Part shown: positions 26,470-39,325 of the stretch, piece by piece
Numbering within the stretch: position 1 is the stretch's first letter
How the letters are laid out: the number at the start of each line of letters is the position of its first letter
NCBI RefSeq assembly: GCF_006345805.1
Contig: NC_042998.1
Coordinates: 40,362,001 to 40,426,000 of the forward strand
Reading direction: 5' to 3'
DNA length: 64,000 nt
Source of the DNA: Octopus sinensis
Lineage: Eukaryota
Program-made: the position numbers and the translations under genes
The notes under the pieces: model-generated
What the model was told of the DNA's origin: nothing
What the model saw: only the letters and a program-made list of their open reading frames with translations
Databases searched by the model: none

Positions 26470-27075
26470 TAAGATGTGGCAGTGTGGTAAGAATTTTGCT
26501 TTCTAAGCACATATTACAGGTTCATTCTCAGTGCATGGCTCCTTGAGTAAGTGTCTTTTACTATAGCCAAAGCCTTGTGAGTTGATTTGGTTGATAGAAA
26601 CTGAAAGAAGCCTGCTGTGGGTGTGGACGCAAGTGCTAGTATATGATTTATAAAAACATGTGACATATTAATAAAAATCTGTAAATATAAAACCATCCAG
26701 ATTTCTAAGTACCTTATTTCTTCTTATATATATATATAGTGTGTGTGTGTGTGTGTATAGGTATATATACATATATATGTATATGTATATGTATATATAC
26801 ATGTATATATATGTATGTGCATGTATACACACACACATATGTACATACATATATGTGTATGTGTGTGTCTTTGTATTTGTGCTTGTTTATCACTACTGCT
26901 TGACAACCAGTGTTAGTGTGTTTATGTCCCTATAAATTAGTAGTTTGGTAAAAAAGAAGGACAAAGTAAGTACCAGGCTTAAAAGCAAGAAAAGTACAGG
27001 GTTCAGTTTGCTCAACCAAAATTCTTCAAGATGTCCCAGCATGGCCAGTTTAATGAGTGAATGAAATAAAGGATA
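26470..27075 (+). mobile_element. Family A SINE with expanded internal (GT/AT)n microsatellite
   Basis: Head, central domain and the tail CCAGCATGGCC...TGAAATAAAGG are colinear with 39771-40180. Confidence 0.75.
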
Positions 27076-27587
27076 ATAAAAAAAAATCAGATTTATAACT
27101 ACTATGGACTGGAATCTTACAAACTGTGGGAACAATATGAAAAAAGTATCAAAACTTTTCCAGAACAACCGAACCGCTTTTGCTGCTGCTAAGCAGAAGG
27201 CAGAATTTTGCAATCACCATGAGACAAATCTCTTACTTAATTATCAAAGCCCCTTTGGAAGAATTGATTTATAGAACAGAGAAATATGGAAAGCAGGTAA
27301 GATAATTTGGGAAATATGGTAAGATAATTTGGAAAAGAGAATGCAGATGAGGATGATAATGTTTTAAGCATAGCGCTGAAGGAACTGAAAGGTTTTATTA
27401 AAGAGAAGTTTTGTTAATCATATAGAAAGCTTTCTTCTGAATGCTGTCTTGGATGAGAATAATTAAAAGTTCTTCACCCCAGATATAAGTAGTATTCCCG
27501 CAAGAGGTTATAATTGGACTGTGTAAGTCCAAATATAACTGTTATTCAATAGTTATTCAATACAAAAGCAGTGAGGTGGCAGAATTG

Positions 27588-27781
27588 TTAGCATGCCAGG
27601 CAAGATGCTTTGTGGTGTTTCATCTGTCTCTATATTGTGAGTTCAAATTCCACCAAGGCTGACTTTGCTTTTCATCCTTTTGGGGGTTGATAAAATAAGT
27701 ACTAGTTGAGCACTTGGGTTGATGTAATTGATTTGGCCCCTTCTCACCAAAACTGCTGGCCTTGGCTCAAAATTTGAAACT
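27588..27781 (+). mobile_element. Family B SINE; further copies at 33604-33786, 33826-34036, 48180-48390, 56180-56350 and 58370-58590 (+), and 56865-57245 (two tandem copies, -)
   Basis: Shared GGCAGAATYGTTAGCA...GAGTTCAAATTCC...GACTTTGCCTTTCATCCTTT...AAGTACYAGTT...CAAAATTTGAAAC across copies. Confidence 0.8.
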
Positions 27782-28784
27782 AATAGTTATTCAATACTAA
27801 AAAATCTATTGGTTATGAGGTAGCTTACCAGTTCATAACTATTTCAAATTTATTTATTTATTTACTTCAACATACAACGGGCAGAGAATATAGAAATAAG
27901 TTGAAATAAAGAAATATTTGGTTTTTGATATTTGAGCTGACTTTTGAGTTGCCAGAGAAGTATGTTTTCTCCTATGCTTGCTTCAAGTTCATTAACTATT
28001 CTTACAATGAAATTATTTGTTATAAACTTTATCTAGATAAGTGTTGGTTTAACATTATAATCACATCTTTCTTACATGTAGATTATTTATATATCTGTTT
28101 ATATTAGAATCTACTTAAACATTATGTAGCATTCTAATCTGATTGAAAAAGAAAGAAAATGGATGTTGGGAACTGGATGTGGGAAAAATGGTTATGTGAT
28201 AAGTGTTTGCAGTGAATTGAAAATAATTATGTTCATATTCTCACTGTTGTTGAATGGGCCATCATGTTTACAATAAAATAGGTGAGAGATAGATTGAAAT
28301 AACCAATCAATAAGAAGCCAAAAATAGTACAATTCTGGTTTTTACAAACGGCTAATTAGCGATCATACTGAAATTATAATTTGTGATAAGACAGATGGAA
28401 GCCTACAGTGATAGATAACTGTAGGTCTTGTGTTGAATTACAGTATCTGAGTAAGAAACAAGAGAGCAGACATTATATACTTTACTTTAATACAGAAAAA
28501 GGGGAAATATTATGTGCTGAAGATGCTTTTAAAGTTTTAAGAAAAGGTTACTTTTATTTTGAGTTAGACAGTTGCATTTTGCCTAATTGTATGAGTTGTG
28601 CTTGTAGAATAATGATTGAAAGACATTTTTGAGAAAGTATAATATACCTTTAGAGAGTTTTATCTTTCATCTTTTCTTTTTACAATTATATGGGAACTAG
28701 AGGGTACTTGTGAAAAATCCATTTATGATAATATTCAGTTTTATAGTTTGTTACTTGAAGCAAACTTGAATAACTACACATGAC

Positions 28785-29040
28785 TACACACACATGCACA
28801 CACACGAACACACGCATACACACACATGCATACATATACACACACACACACACACAGATGCACACATACATGCACACACACATACATGCACAAACACACA
28901 CACACATGCACATACACACATGCACACATATACACACACAAACACATTCACACATAAACAGATGCACACATACATGCATACACACATACATGCACAAACA
29001 CAAACATACATGCACCCCCACCACATGTATATATATGCAT
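28785..29040. repeat. Compound (CA)n/(CATA)n microsatellite
   Basis: Directly visible; source of the His/Thr and Cys/Val ORFs at 28686-29220. Confidence 0.95.
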
Positions 29041-31054
29041 TCATTAACTTTATGGAGAGAGATGTTGCGAGCTAAGGCAACTGGGTTCCAGTACTGCACC
29101 CTGTTTAGGATGAAAGCACTTTACTCTTATAGGAAACAATATAGAGATGTTTGCTGCACAAAAAAAAACAAAAAAAAAACAAGTAGGTGTAAATATACTT
29201 ATTGTAATGAGCCTAAGTAATTTTAATTAATTGCCTTTGTAAGATCTTTCCACAAGTAACATCCCATATATTGCAGAAGATAATTAGCTCTCCTTAAAAT
29301 GCATGAACTGATGCATATATTCTTGAAGTTTAGTAGATTAGAACATTAAAACTCTTCATTTAGAATTAAATCTTCTTAGTTTAATTCCAGTATATGTATC
29401 TAATTAGAAATAGAACTTTTGATAATGTTTAGAGCTTGAAACTGAGAAAAGTAGTTTCTAAATGAAAATATGAAAAATGAAATTAATAGCCTGGAAAATT
29501 TTAATTATTGTTGTTTACTAATCATTACATTATTTATATAACATCTTACTAAAAGATACTATATTTATGACTAAAGCTGAATCTATCTCAATGTTCTACA
29601 ATCATATCCATATTATGTCATTTTGACATTAAGAACAACATAAAAGAATATAAGAAGCTTTATTAATGCAAGAAACTAATTATTAGAAACATTTATTGCT
29701 TGTACAGTTGTTAATATCAACAATCCAAATAATATAATTGTTTACAATTCATTTATATTTCATCATATATTTATTGAAAATAATTTATTTTTGCTTTTGC
29801 CCATTAAATCAATTATAATGTCAGACAATGAAGCCTTAACAATGAAAGGAAATGTAATATCTGGACAGAAATGAGATGTATATGTCTCACTGATTTTGAT
29901 GTATTGGAGTGAATATAAATGAGCAAAAAAAAACAAAAACAAAAAAAAAAACTGATTAAAAACAAAAGTCTCAAGCATTGGCTGAAAGAAGTCTGTAGGA
30001 TAACAATGGGCTGGTGAGAGTTGGAAGAAGAAATATATATTTCACTGGTTGTTGAGGGGTTACTCTATGTGAACTGTGCAAAACAAAAAAAAAAACAAAA
30101 AAAAAGAAAAAATGAGATTAATACTTTAAAGATTTAAAGAAAAATATGATTAAAAAAAAGTAAGTGAAAAAAGGGAACAAAGCAAATATATAACCATTAT
30201 GTAAATTTATGATCACTGTATTGATCAGAACAGCAGATGTTGTTATACACTGCTGGTCACAATGTGCTTCTTTGCATTGTCGTAGCTTTTAAATGATGCC
30301 ACCTGATTGGCTAGGCAAGCAGGCCAACATTCTCTGTAAACAGAATGACAGTCTGTCACAGGGTTATCCATTTATAACTGGAGGGACTGGAGCAATGTGA
30401 AATTTGTTATATCAAGTATAACCTAATTGATATTTTTATAAGCAACTCTACACCATTTTCTTCTGGAAGTTTCAAAGGCAGGGGCAAGTGATTCCTTATA
30501 AGTCTTTAATGAAAGATGAGATTTGTTAGTCCAATCCTGAAAGCTTTGTGGTTTAACAAGGTCTAATTTCTCAGTGAGACAAACCACATGTTTATTAAAC
30601 ATATGTCTCAAATGGATATGCCTCTCTATACATATTTATTTAGTATTTGCTAACATTGGAAAATAAAATGAAAACATTGATAATGCCTATTAGAACAGAA
30701 TTTTCTTAAGAGTTTAGTTTCAGGTGAAAGAAGAAGAAAGCTAAAACATTGTTTAAGTGCATATCTGCTCTGATAGATCTTTCTAGGGAATGTTTGCAAT
30801 ATAAGTTAATGATGCACTAATTGCTGAATGCAAAGAATTCTTAATTAATTGAAATTTCCCTATATAATTATATTAAAAAAAAAAAAAATTGGAATAGTTA
30901 GCAAAACTCAAAAAAGAAAAAGGTGGGGGAGATAATTTCAAGAAATCAAAAATTGATCTCGAAGTTAATTTACATGTTTGGCAGAAAATCTGATCATTAT
31001 TCATAGGAAAGGGACAATTATGGATATGTTTTAGTCTATTAAACTTCATCAACA

Positions 31055-31197
31055 TACATTATTTACATTTGACAGATATTTGTCCTCATCTTGTTTGTTG
31101 TTAACACAACGTTTTGGCTGATATACCCTCCAACCTTCATCAGGTGTCTTGGGGAAATTTCGAACCTGGGTTCTCATTCCTAAGGTTTTTTTCGATG

Positions 31198-31238
<41 letters not shown>

Positions 31239-31320
31239 GTTATTCAGGTCACTGCCTGGAATCGAATTCGGAATCTTGGGGTTAGTAGCCTGCGCTCTTA
31301 ACCACTACACCATATGCCTG
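31055..31320 (-). mobile_element. tRNA-headed SINE-like element with (AAT)n linker and hammerhead-containing tail
   Basis: Minus strand: A-box TGGTGTAGTGG, anticodon-arm-like GCAGGCTACTAACCCC, B-box GAATTCGATTCC, (AAT)n, then about 140 nt containing CTGATGA...AAAACGTT. Confidence 0.8.
31104..31147 (-). ncRNA. Minimal type I hammerhead ribozyme motif (this copy G12A, probably inactive)
   Basis: ACAC-CTGATGA-A-GGTTG-[GAGGGTATAT]-CAGCC-AAAACGTT-GTGT. Helix I is ACAC/GTGT, helix II is 5 bp with one G-U, and helix III is the palindrome AACGTT. Confidence 0.75.
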
Positions 31321-31685
31321 TAGTATAATCCATTCAAGTTTGCTTGATTAGTTGATATAGATTTTTACTTATAGAAAAAGAGTAACGAATAATTTTTGGC
31401 TAGTATAATGAGCATAATTAAAGTATAATGAGCATAATTAAAGTATAATGAGCATGATTAAATGAGCAAAGGGAAATAAGTGAAAAAACAGGGTGAATTT
31501 AATGAATAATTTAAGGCTGATGTACTGAATACTATATATAGAAAAATTCTGAAGTAACCAACCACATAGTTCTAGGTTCTATCTTACTGTGTAGTATCTT
31601 GGGCAAATGTCTTCTACTATAGTTCTGAGCTGCTCAAAGGTTGGTGAGGAGATTTGTTAAATGGAAACCAAAAGAAGCCCATTAT

Positions 31686-32555
31686 ATCATCATCATCATC
31701 ATCATTTAACGTCCGTTTTCCATACTGGCATGGGTTGGACGGTTTGACTGGGGAGTGGAAAGCCAGGAGGATGCACCAGGCTCCAATCTGATCTGGCAAT
31801 GTTTCTACAGCTTGATGCCCTTCCTAATGCCAACCACTTTGAGAGTGTAGTGGGTGCTTTTTACATACCACCAGCAGAGGAGCCAGTCAGGCGGCACTGG
31901 CATCGGCCACGTTCAGATGGTGCTTTCTACATGTCACCGGCACAGGAGCCAGTTGGGTTGGGGGGTGGGGATGGCATCAACCACATTCAGATGGTGCTTT
32001 TTATGTGCCGCCGGCCCAGGGAGCCAGTCAGGCAGCTTTGGCAGCGACCCACGCATAAATGGTGCTTATTGTGTGCTACCAGCACTGGTAATGGCCACAA
32101 CTACAATTTCCATTTGATTGTGATGTGATTTGACTTTGATTTATTTGACTTAATAGGTCTCCTCAAGCATGGAATGTTACCTGACAATTCAAAGTAGGGC
32201 TGGTTATGCGACACTGTTATAGGCTATGGCTGTGATCTCACTTTTCTTGCCGGGTCTTCTCAATCGCAGCATATCTCCAGAGGTCTTGGTCTTTCGCCTC
32301 TGTGAGGCCCAAAGTTCGAAGGTCATGCTTCACCACCTCATCCCATGCCTTTCTGGGTCTCCCTTTTCCCCAGGTTTCTTCCACTGTTAGGGAACGACAC
32401 TTTTTTACACAGCTGTCCTTGTCCATATGCATTACATGACCATACCAGTGCAGTCGTCTCTCTTGCACACCACATTTGATGCTTCTTATGTCCAACATTT
32501 CTCTCAGGGCACTTACACTCTGTCATGTGTGCACACTGACATTACACATCCAGCG
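31686..32555 (-). mobile_element. RTE LINE 3' fragment nested in a family A SINE (head 31550-31685, tail 32560-32820)
   Basis: QERRLHWYGHVMHMDKDSCVKKCRSLTVEETWGKGRPRKAWDEVVKHDLRTLGLTE, then tandem units and a (GAT)n tail at about 31690. Confidence 0.9.
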
Positions 32556-34035
32556 GATTGTATGTGTGTGTGTGTGTGTGTATTTGCATTTGTCTCTTAC
32601 CACTGCTTGGCAACCAGAGTTGATTTGTTTACATCCCCATCACTTAATGGTTCTGCACAAGAGACTGACTGAATAAGTACCAGGCTTAAGAAAAGAAGAA
32701 AACAAATACTGGGGTGGTGGTGGTGGTGCTGCTGCTGATTCATTTGGTTAAAACCCTTCAAGGCAATGCTCCAGCATGGCTGCTGTTCAATGACAGAAGC
32801 AAATAAAAGATAAAAGATAACTGTAATTTATTTCTTAGTTGAAAAACAAAAGCAAAACCTTGCAGCAATTATCTGCAACTCTGAAAGTAAAGGAAAATAA
32901 CTTCAATTAATTAAGAAATAATTTCTGAAAGTTTTTGTTTTTTTAATCTTGTACAAACTAGATCTATGAATGAGAAACTAGGCATTTTTGCCATTCTAAC
33001 TCACATGGTTTTGTTTTCCTTCTAGTTCACAACATAAAAACAAGTTCTATTCCTCAATTTAATTATTCCCTTAAATGAAACATTCATGAGGATAACACAT
33101 ATATTATTAAAGAATTATTAATTTTTTTCTATGAGGTTGAGTTATATTTTTTTTTAGTTTATTGTGTAAGTTTATTGAAGTGACATTCATACCTTGCTGG
33201 TTATTAATTTACTAACACTAGGAGAATAAAAGGTGTTGTTAACATCTGATTATTTGAATCCAGTAAATGAAAGCACAAACCATGTTAATATAAGGCATCC
33301 AGCCTCAGTCTCAACTCTGTTGTCCTCATATTAAATTAATAATGAATTATTTTCCCTTGGTATAAAGTCCATATTTTGTATGAAGGGGAAGTACATTTAA
33401 TTGAGACAAGTCTAATTTATTATTGGTGATTATTTTATTCATCATATAGGGTGAAAAATTTGATCTGAAGTAAATTTGAATCTGTGAAACAGATATCATA
33501 AAATATCAAATCCACTATTGTTTGCTACTAAAATACAGTTCTGCAAAATATAAAAAATTGTAGTTGTTGTTGTTATTATTATTGTTGTTGTTGTTATTTT
33601 TTCTAAGGTGGTGAGCTGGCTGAATTACCAGCATTCCAGAGAAAATAACTAGTGGCATTTCATCTGCTTTTATGTTCTGAGTTCAAGTTCTGTTGAAGTC
33701 AACATTGCCAAATAAGTACCAGTTGAGTACTGGGGTTGATACCTCCTCTCCTGAAATTGCTGGCCTTGTGTCAAAATTTGAATTTATCATCATCATCATC
33801 ATCATCCTCATCATTATTATTTAAGGCAGTGAGCTGGCAGAATCATTAGCACGCTGGATGAAATGCTTAGCAGTATTTCACCTATTACTACGTTCTGAGT
33901 TCAAATTCCGCTGAGGTTGACTTCACCATTCATCTTTTCAGGGTTGATTAAATAAGTACCAGTTGAACACTGGGATTGATGTAATCGACTTATCCCCTTC
34001 CCCCAAATTGCTGCCCTTGTGGCAAAATTTGAAAC

Positions 34036-34152
<117 letters not shown>

Positions 34153-34899
34153 GTAGAAATGGTTAGAGGTATTCTGCCCTGCTCTTTCAATATTGTAGAT
34201 TTTTACCAAGTCAAATTATATGGAATAATATTTAGCAATGTGGAACTTATAACAAAAAAGTAGGAATTGAATTGCTTCCAACTTTGGAGTGAGAGCTTTG
34301 ATTTGTAAAGAAATATCTTCTTCCACACACAAACTACCAGCATGTATAAATGTTCCCAAAAAAACTCAAAAAGAAAGAAACAAGTTTTGAGGACATTAAA
34401 TGGAGGTAAAAAAAAAGCCTGTTTAACTTCTCTAAAAACTTAACACATACACACATAGACACATACACACATGTACACATAAAACAGTATTTCGAGCAAT
34501 TTAAATGACATGATAAATGATAACATTAGCAACAATAACACATTTTAAATTTTTGTTTTAACTAATAAAGCTTAAACTTATGTTGGGAAAATATTTCCAG
34601 CTTTCTTTTGTTCTCGGGTTTGTACTCTAATAAGACAGAAATTAAATAGGAATTAAGTGGTAAAGAAAATGTTCACTTAGCAGAGCCATGCTACCACCAG
34701 CACTAGCACCAGCCATTCAAGAATTTGGACCTGGAGATCTCCATTTCCAGCAACTTGGAGGGCCACCTCCCAGTGGTGTCAGACGTCAACGAAGAGCCCT
34801 CGCCTACAAGATGACCAAAGTTTTTTTTTTTTCCAAGGTCTGGGGTCTCCCGCCCCTAAGCCCTAGACCATCACCTAATCACCCTTACCTGTCTTGTTG

Positions 34900-35135
34900 C
34901 TTAACAACAACAGCACCAGCACCAATACAATCACCACGAGCACCACCACCACCACCACCACTACCACCACCACCACCACCGCCACCACCAACACCACCAC
35001 CACCACCACGAGCACCACCACCACCACCACCACCACCATCACAACCACCACCACCACCACCACCAGCTGCACCACCACTGCTGCCACTGTCATTGTCGTC
35101 GTCGTCAACATCATCATCATCATCATCATCATCTC
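34900..35135. repeat. (CAC)n/(CAT)n trinucleotide microsatellite
   Basis: Directly visible; explains the poly-Pro/Gly/Thr/Val ORFs. Confidence 0.95.
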
Positions 35136-35300
35136 CTTTGATGTGGTTGAACAACCAATCCCAACCAGTTGAAATTCATGGTATAAGGTTGTTCTGTCTA
35201 TCCTTTCAATCACTGAATAAAAAAACATGGCTTGTGAGACCTCCATTCAGGTCATTTTCCTGAATCACCATCTCACCCTTGTACACCAATCCATTGCAAG

Positions 35301-35448
35301 GTTACTTATTTATAGTTGAGCGAACTGGAGCAATGTGAAATGAAGTGCTTTGCTCAAGAACACAATGCATAGTTGGTCTGGAAATTGAAACCACAATCTC
35401 ACGATATAGAGTGCAACACCTTAATCATTAGGTCATGTACCTTCACTA
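35301..35448 (-). mobile_element. Family C (tRNA head plus CORE-like domain) SINE, partial
   Basis: Reverse complement starts TAGTGAAGG and contains TGTGTTCTTGAGCAA...TTGCTCCAGTTC, as does the copy at 35830. Confidence 0.75.
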
Positions 35449-35493
35449 TGTTACAAAGGAAACTACATCTCTACTTCAGTTCCTTTTGAACAG

Positions 35494-35728
35494 TGAGGAT
35501 GAAAGACAGTATATCTCTGGATCTTGAAAGTTACAGAGACTTTTCTCATGCCTGTGAAAGAGCAGGCAGCTCTAGTATGCAACAATTGACAAAGATAGAG
35601 CCTAAAAGCCCCTATGATAGTATTCAAAAGCTGAGGATGAGAAGAAAAAGCAGGCCAAGATGTTCCATTACTGACTTACCCAGAAGTTTGTGCAACAATA
35701 TTTGGGGCAGTGTAACAGATGAAACACA
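35494..35728 (+). CDS. Candidate coding exon, unknown protein (RMKDSISLDLESYRDFSHACERAG...RRKSRPRCSITDLPRSLCNNIWGSVTDET)
   Basis: Pyrimidine-rich acceptor CTACTTCAGTTCCTTTTGAACAG and donor GTAAAG bound 235 nt that are open in one frame. Non-repetitive, with protein-like composition. No family recognised. Confidence 0.45.
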
Positions 35729-35829
35729 GTAAAGGTTATGGCTGATTAAGTTGACTCTATTCTTTGGAGGTGGTTATTGAAAATTCCCTGCCATTAAAAC
35801 AGAATTAATGTTTACATATACATAGACAT

Positions 35830-36170
35830 TAGTGAAGGCACATGATTCAGTGGTTAGAACATTGGCTCACAATCATGAAGTAGTGAGTTTGATTCCTGAA
35901 CCGGGCTTTGTATTGTGTTCTTGAGCAAGACACTTTATTTCATGTTGCTCCAGTTCACTCAGCTGTAGAAATGAGTTGCGACATCACTGGTGTCAAGTTG
36001 TATCAGCCTTTGCCTTTCCCTTGGATAACATCGGTGGTGTGAAGAGGGGGAGGTTGGTATGCATTGGCAATTGCCATCAACAACCTTGCCTGGACTTGTG
36101 CCTTGGAGAGGAACTTTCTAGGTGCAATGCCATGGTCATTCATGACTGAAGGGGGTCCTTACACTTTTTT
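35830..36170 (+). mobile_element. Family C SINE; other partial copies at about 30230-30410 and 55940-56165 (-)
   Basis: TAGTGAAGGCACATG...GTGGTTAG, B-box-like GAGTTTGATTCC, TGTGTTCTTGAGCAAGACACTTTATTTC. Confidence 0.8.
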
Positions 36171-36501
36171 TTTACCCCAGACATTAGACAAGGTTCTTGC
36201 AAGAGGAAGAAAATAACACTGAGTGAAGCTCATACTTTCCTCAAGCGCATGAGCAGCTGATATAAGTGAGGCAAAGTGATTACTATGATTTAGAATGAAA
36301 ATTGGAGTACGAAGCTTGCCACTGGTTTATCGCTACCCAACAGCAACACCACAATTTTTAATGAACCAACATTAAATTACTAATGAAGATCATCACCACC
36401 ATCATTATCTTTATCACTGTCATTTCTGATTCCTCACTTATTTTCACTGGTTATATTTTGCATTCCTACACTGTCACATTTCTGACAATGTATATAGACA
36501 G

Positions 36502-36595
36502 AGTTGTGAAATGTAAAGGGGTTTTTAAGGGTCTTGATTTCATGCAGTTGAGAAAATATATATTGGACCTTAGATATGATGCCTCTCTGTCATAG
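36502..36595 (+). CDS. Candidate terminal coding exon (VVKCKGVFKGLDFMQLRKYILDLRYDASLS*)
   Basis: Acceptor ...TATAGACAG gives phase 2, compatible with the 35494-35728 exon. AATAAA motifs follow at about 36826-37020. The acceptor is modest. Confidence 0.25.
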
Positions 36596-37769
36596 AGAGT
36601 AACATTCTAAGTGAGCCTAACAAAATACCTTCAACAGATTTGACAAAAGTATTTGTTGTTGGCTGTTTCTTATGTACAAGAATCTTAGTTTGCTCCTGAT
36701 TGAATTGTTCCTCCATCTGATGGCATCGATGATTGAGAAAACCATTTGTGTGAAGCAGGGAAGAACAGAGATGGCAAAGAAGAGTTGAAGGAAGGCATGA
36801 TTGTTGTTGCATACTCATATAAAAAAAATAAATACTTCTTGTATTACAACTGTGTATTTTCTCTGCAAACCTGTTGAGAGATACTTTTTTCATAGTCACA
36901 TTTTACAATATTTAATAAATTGACTACTAGCCTCTACACTATTTAGTTTTGTTTTTCTTTATCCTGAGTGAAAATCTTGCCAGTATGAACTATACTTTTT
37001 ATTGACCATTGCTCAATAAAATAAACTCCAGTAATTCACTAGAGTTAATTTAAATATCTATGCTTCTACTAAAAATTAGATCTTGTACCTTATCAAAAAG
37101 ATTTAGATCTGAATGTTGATTTACTGTATAAAATTGATAAAAAATGGGCTGGAAGTTTATAGTCTCACCATTTTATTGCTTTGGATTAGTGAAGTGTGGA
37201 GAAAATTACTCAATTTAAGTGTCATTTGTGGTTATATGAGATAATGTGGATCTTGTTGAAATATAAAGGCACACAGATAAGTCCCACACAAAATGTCTCA
37301 CCAGTTTTGATAAATTTGGAGGTACCTTGCCTGGTTCCCAAGCAAGGAAATACTTACCAGAATGATTACAATTAGAGATGGTTGAACTTTAAATTTGATA
37401 GTCTGCATTGGTTGGTGTTGTGGTAAAACACTAGAATGCTTTGTTGAAGGTCAAAGTGTCACAGAACTGCCAAAACTGCTGTTTAACTGCTCTTCTGCAA
37501 AAGAAACAGGTTTTTTTTTTCCTTTTTTTAGGTTGAAATATTTATTTTCTGCTATAAGTGGAAATCAAAGCAACTGACTGTACTGTCTGTAAACACTGGT
37601 CAACAACTCTTTGATGTTGTCTTTCAATAAGACAATAGCACAACCTTTTAGACTGTTGTGGAAGTGAGAGCAGCAGAGGTTAACAGCTCATTGTTGTTGT
37701 TTTAGATGCCAGTAATGTAATAAAATCCCTTATTTCTCCTCTATTTTTACTCTTGCTAGTGTTGTCAGG

Positions 37770-37890
<121 letters not shown>

Positions 37891-38204
37891 GTACGTTTAT
37901 ATATTTGTTTATATATATATTGTTATTGCTGGTTCCATAATGTTGCCATTAATGTAAACACTTCTGTATTCATGGTTTTGTCACAGTTTTTACTTTTGTT
38001 GTTTTTAATGTTAAGGGTGTTACATAACTGATACTCCTTGGTTTGTGCTAAAAGAAGCAATACTGGTGGGAAGTGCCAAAATCATTATGGTTTCATATAT
38101 ATACTAATGATAGGGATGTGCATGATCAAGAGCTGTGTTCATTCACATACAAGCACACATGTATTTACACACACACACACACACACACATATTGCTGCCA
38201 AAAA

Positions 38205-39325
38205 ATAAACTTCACTTAGTTTTTGTCGACATGGAGAAAACTTTTGAGAGGATCCCCCACTCCTTTATCTGGTAGTCAATGTGGAAGCTTGGGATTGATA
38301 TGTGGTTGGTGAGAGTTGCACAAGTCAAGGATGCCGTCAGTAAGGTGAAAGACAGTGATGAGTATAGGAATGAATTTAGTGTACAGGTAGGAGTTCATCA
38401 AGGCACAATTCTCACCTACCTCTTGTTCATCATATTTCTCTAGGTCATAACAGGAGAATATAAGATTGTTGCCCTTCAGGGTTCCTCTATGCTAATGATT
38501 TTGTTTTTATAGCAGAATCTCCACCAGAATTAGAGAAGAAACTTCAGGTGTAGAAGCTAGGTCTGGAATCAAAGGGTTTTAGAGTTAAATTACCAAAGTC
38601 CTAATAAGTAGGAAAGCAGACAAATTGTTAATCCCTCCAGGAAGATGGCACTGCTTGATGTGTAGAAAAGATGTTGGTAGAAATTCCATAATATGTACCC
38701 AGTGAAAGTTACAGACATGTAAAATGTGCAGCAGTATCATAAAAAAGTTAACAGAGAAAGTAGTCTTTGTGGGTGGCAGATGTGCAGGTACAATAAATAG
38801 TAGATAACTTCCATTACCTTGAGGACCAAGTTAGCAAGGGAGGAGGATGCTCTGGCTGTATAATTGCTAGGATAAGAATGGACTGGGCAAAGGTCAGAGA
38901 GCTATTACCTTTGTTGGTAACAAAGGACCTCTCCCTCAGAGTGAAAAGTTGATTTTATGATGCCTGTGTATGGGCCACTATGCTACATGGTAGTGAAACA
39001 TGGGTTGTGAATGCAGATGACATATGAAAACTTGAAGGAAGTAAAGCTAGAATGTTCAACTGGACGTGCAATGTCTGTGCATGTACAATAGAGTGTGGAA
39101 AATTGGGTATAAGAGGCATGAGATGTAGTATGCAAGAGAGAAGACTGTGCTGGTATGGTCACATGAAGCATATGGATGAAGGCAGCTGCATAAAGAAGTA
39201 CTGATCTCTAATTGTGAAGGGAACCCGTGGAAGAACTAGATTTCCAGATGTTGAGCCTCACAGAGGAGATGACTAGGGACTGAGACTTGCTATGCTCAAG
39301 AAGACATGTCAAGCTAAGTAAAATT
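38205..39325 (+). mobile_element. Degraded RTE LINE, RT domain to C-terminus
   Basis: Broken frames give FVDMEKTFER, GVHQGTIL, LYANDFVFIAES, YDACVWATMLHGSETW and QERRLCWYGH. Confidence 0.85.

Noticed and set aside
27214-27297. ATG-to-GTAAGA segment MRQISYLIIKAPLEELIYRTEKYGKQ
   Set aside because: The donor lies in a short local duplication; no homology and no compatible phase-0 downstream exon identified.
28686-29220. Long His/Thr- and Cys/Val-rich ORFs (also at 26.7, 43.2, 52.4, 55.3 and 59.6 kb)
   Set aside because: Translations of (CA)n, (TA)n and (CATA)n microsatellites.
31245-31320. Possible true tRNA gene
   Set aside because: No paired acceptor stem; it runs into (AAT)n and a repeat tail, so it is a SINE head.
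34688-35263. 191-aa proline-rich ORF and opposite-strand poly-Gly/Val ORFs
   Set aside because: Most of the length comes from (CAC)n/(CAT)n tracts that are stop-free in several frames.
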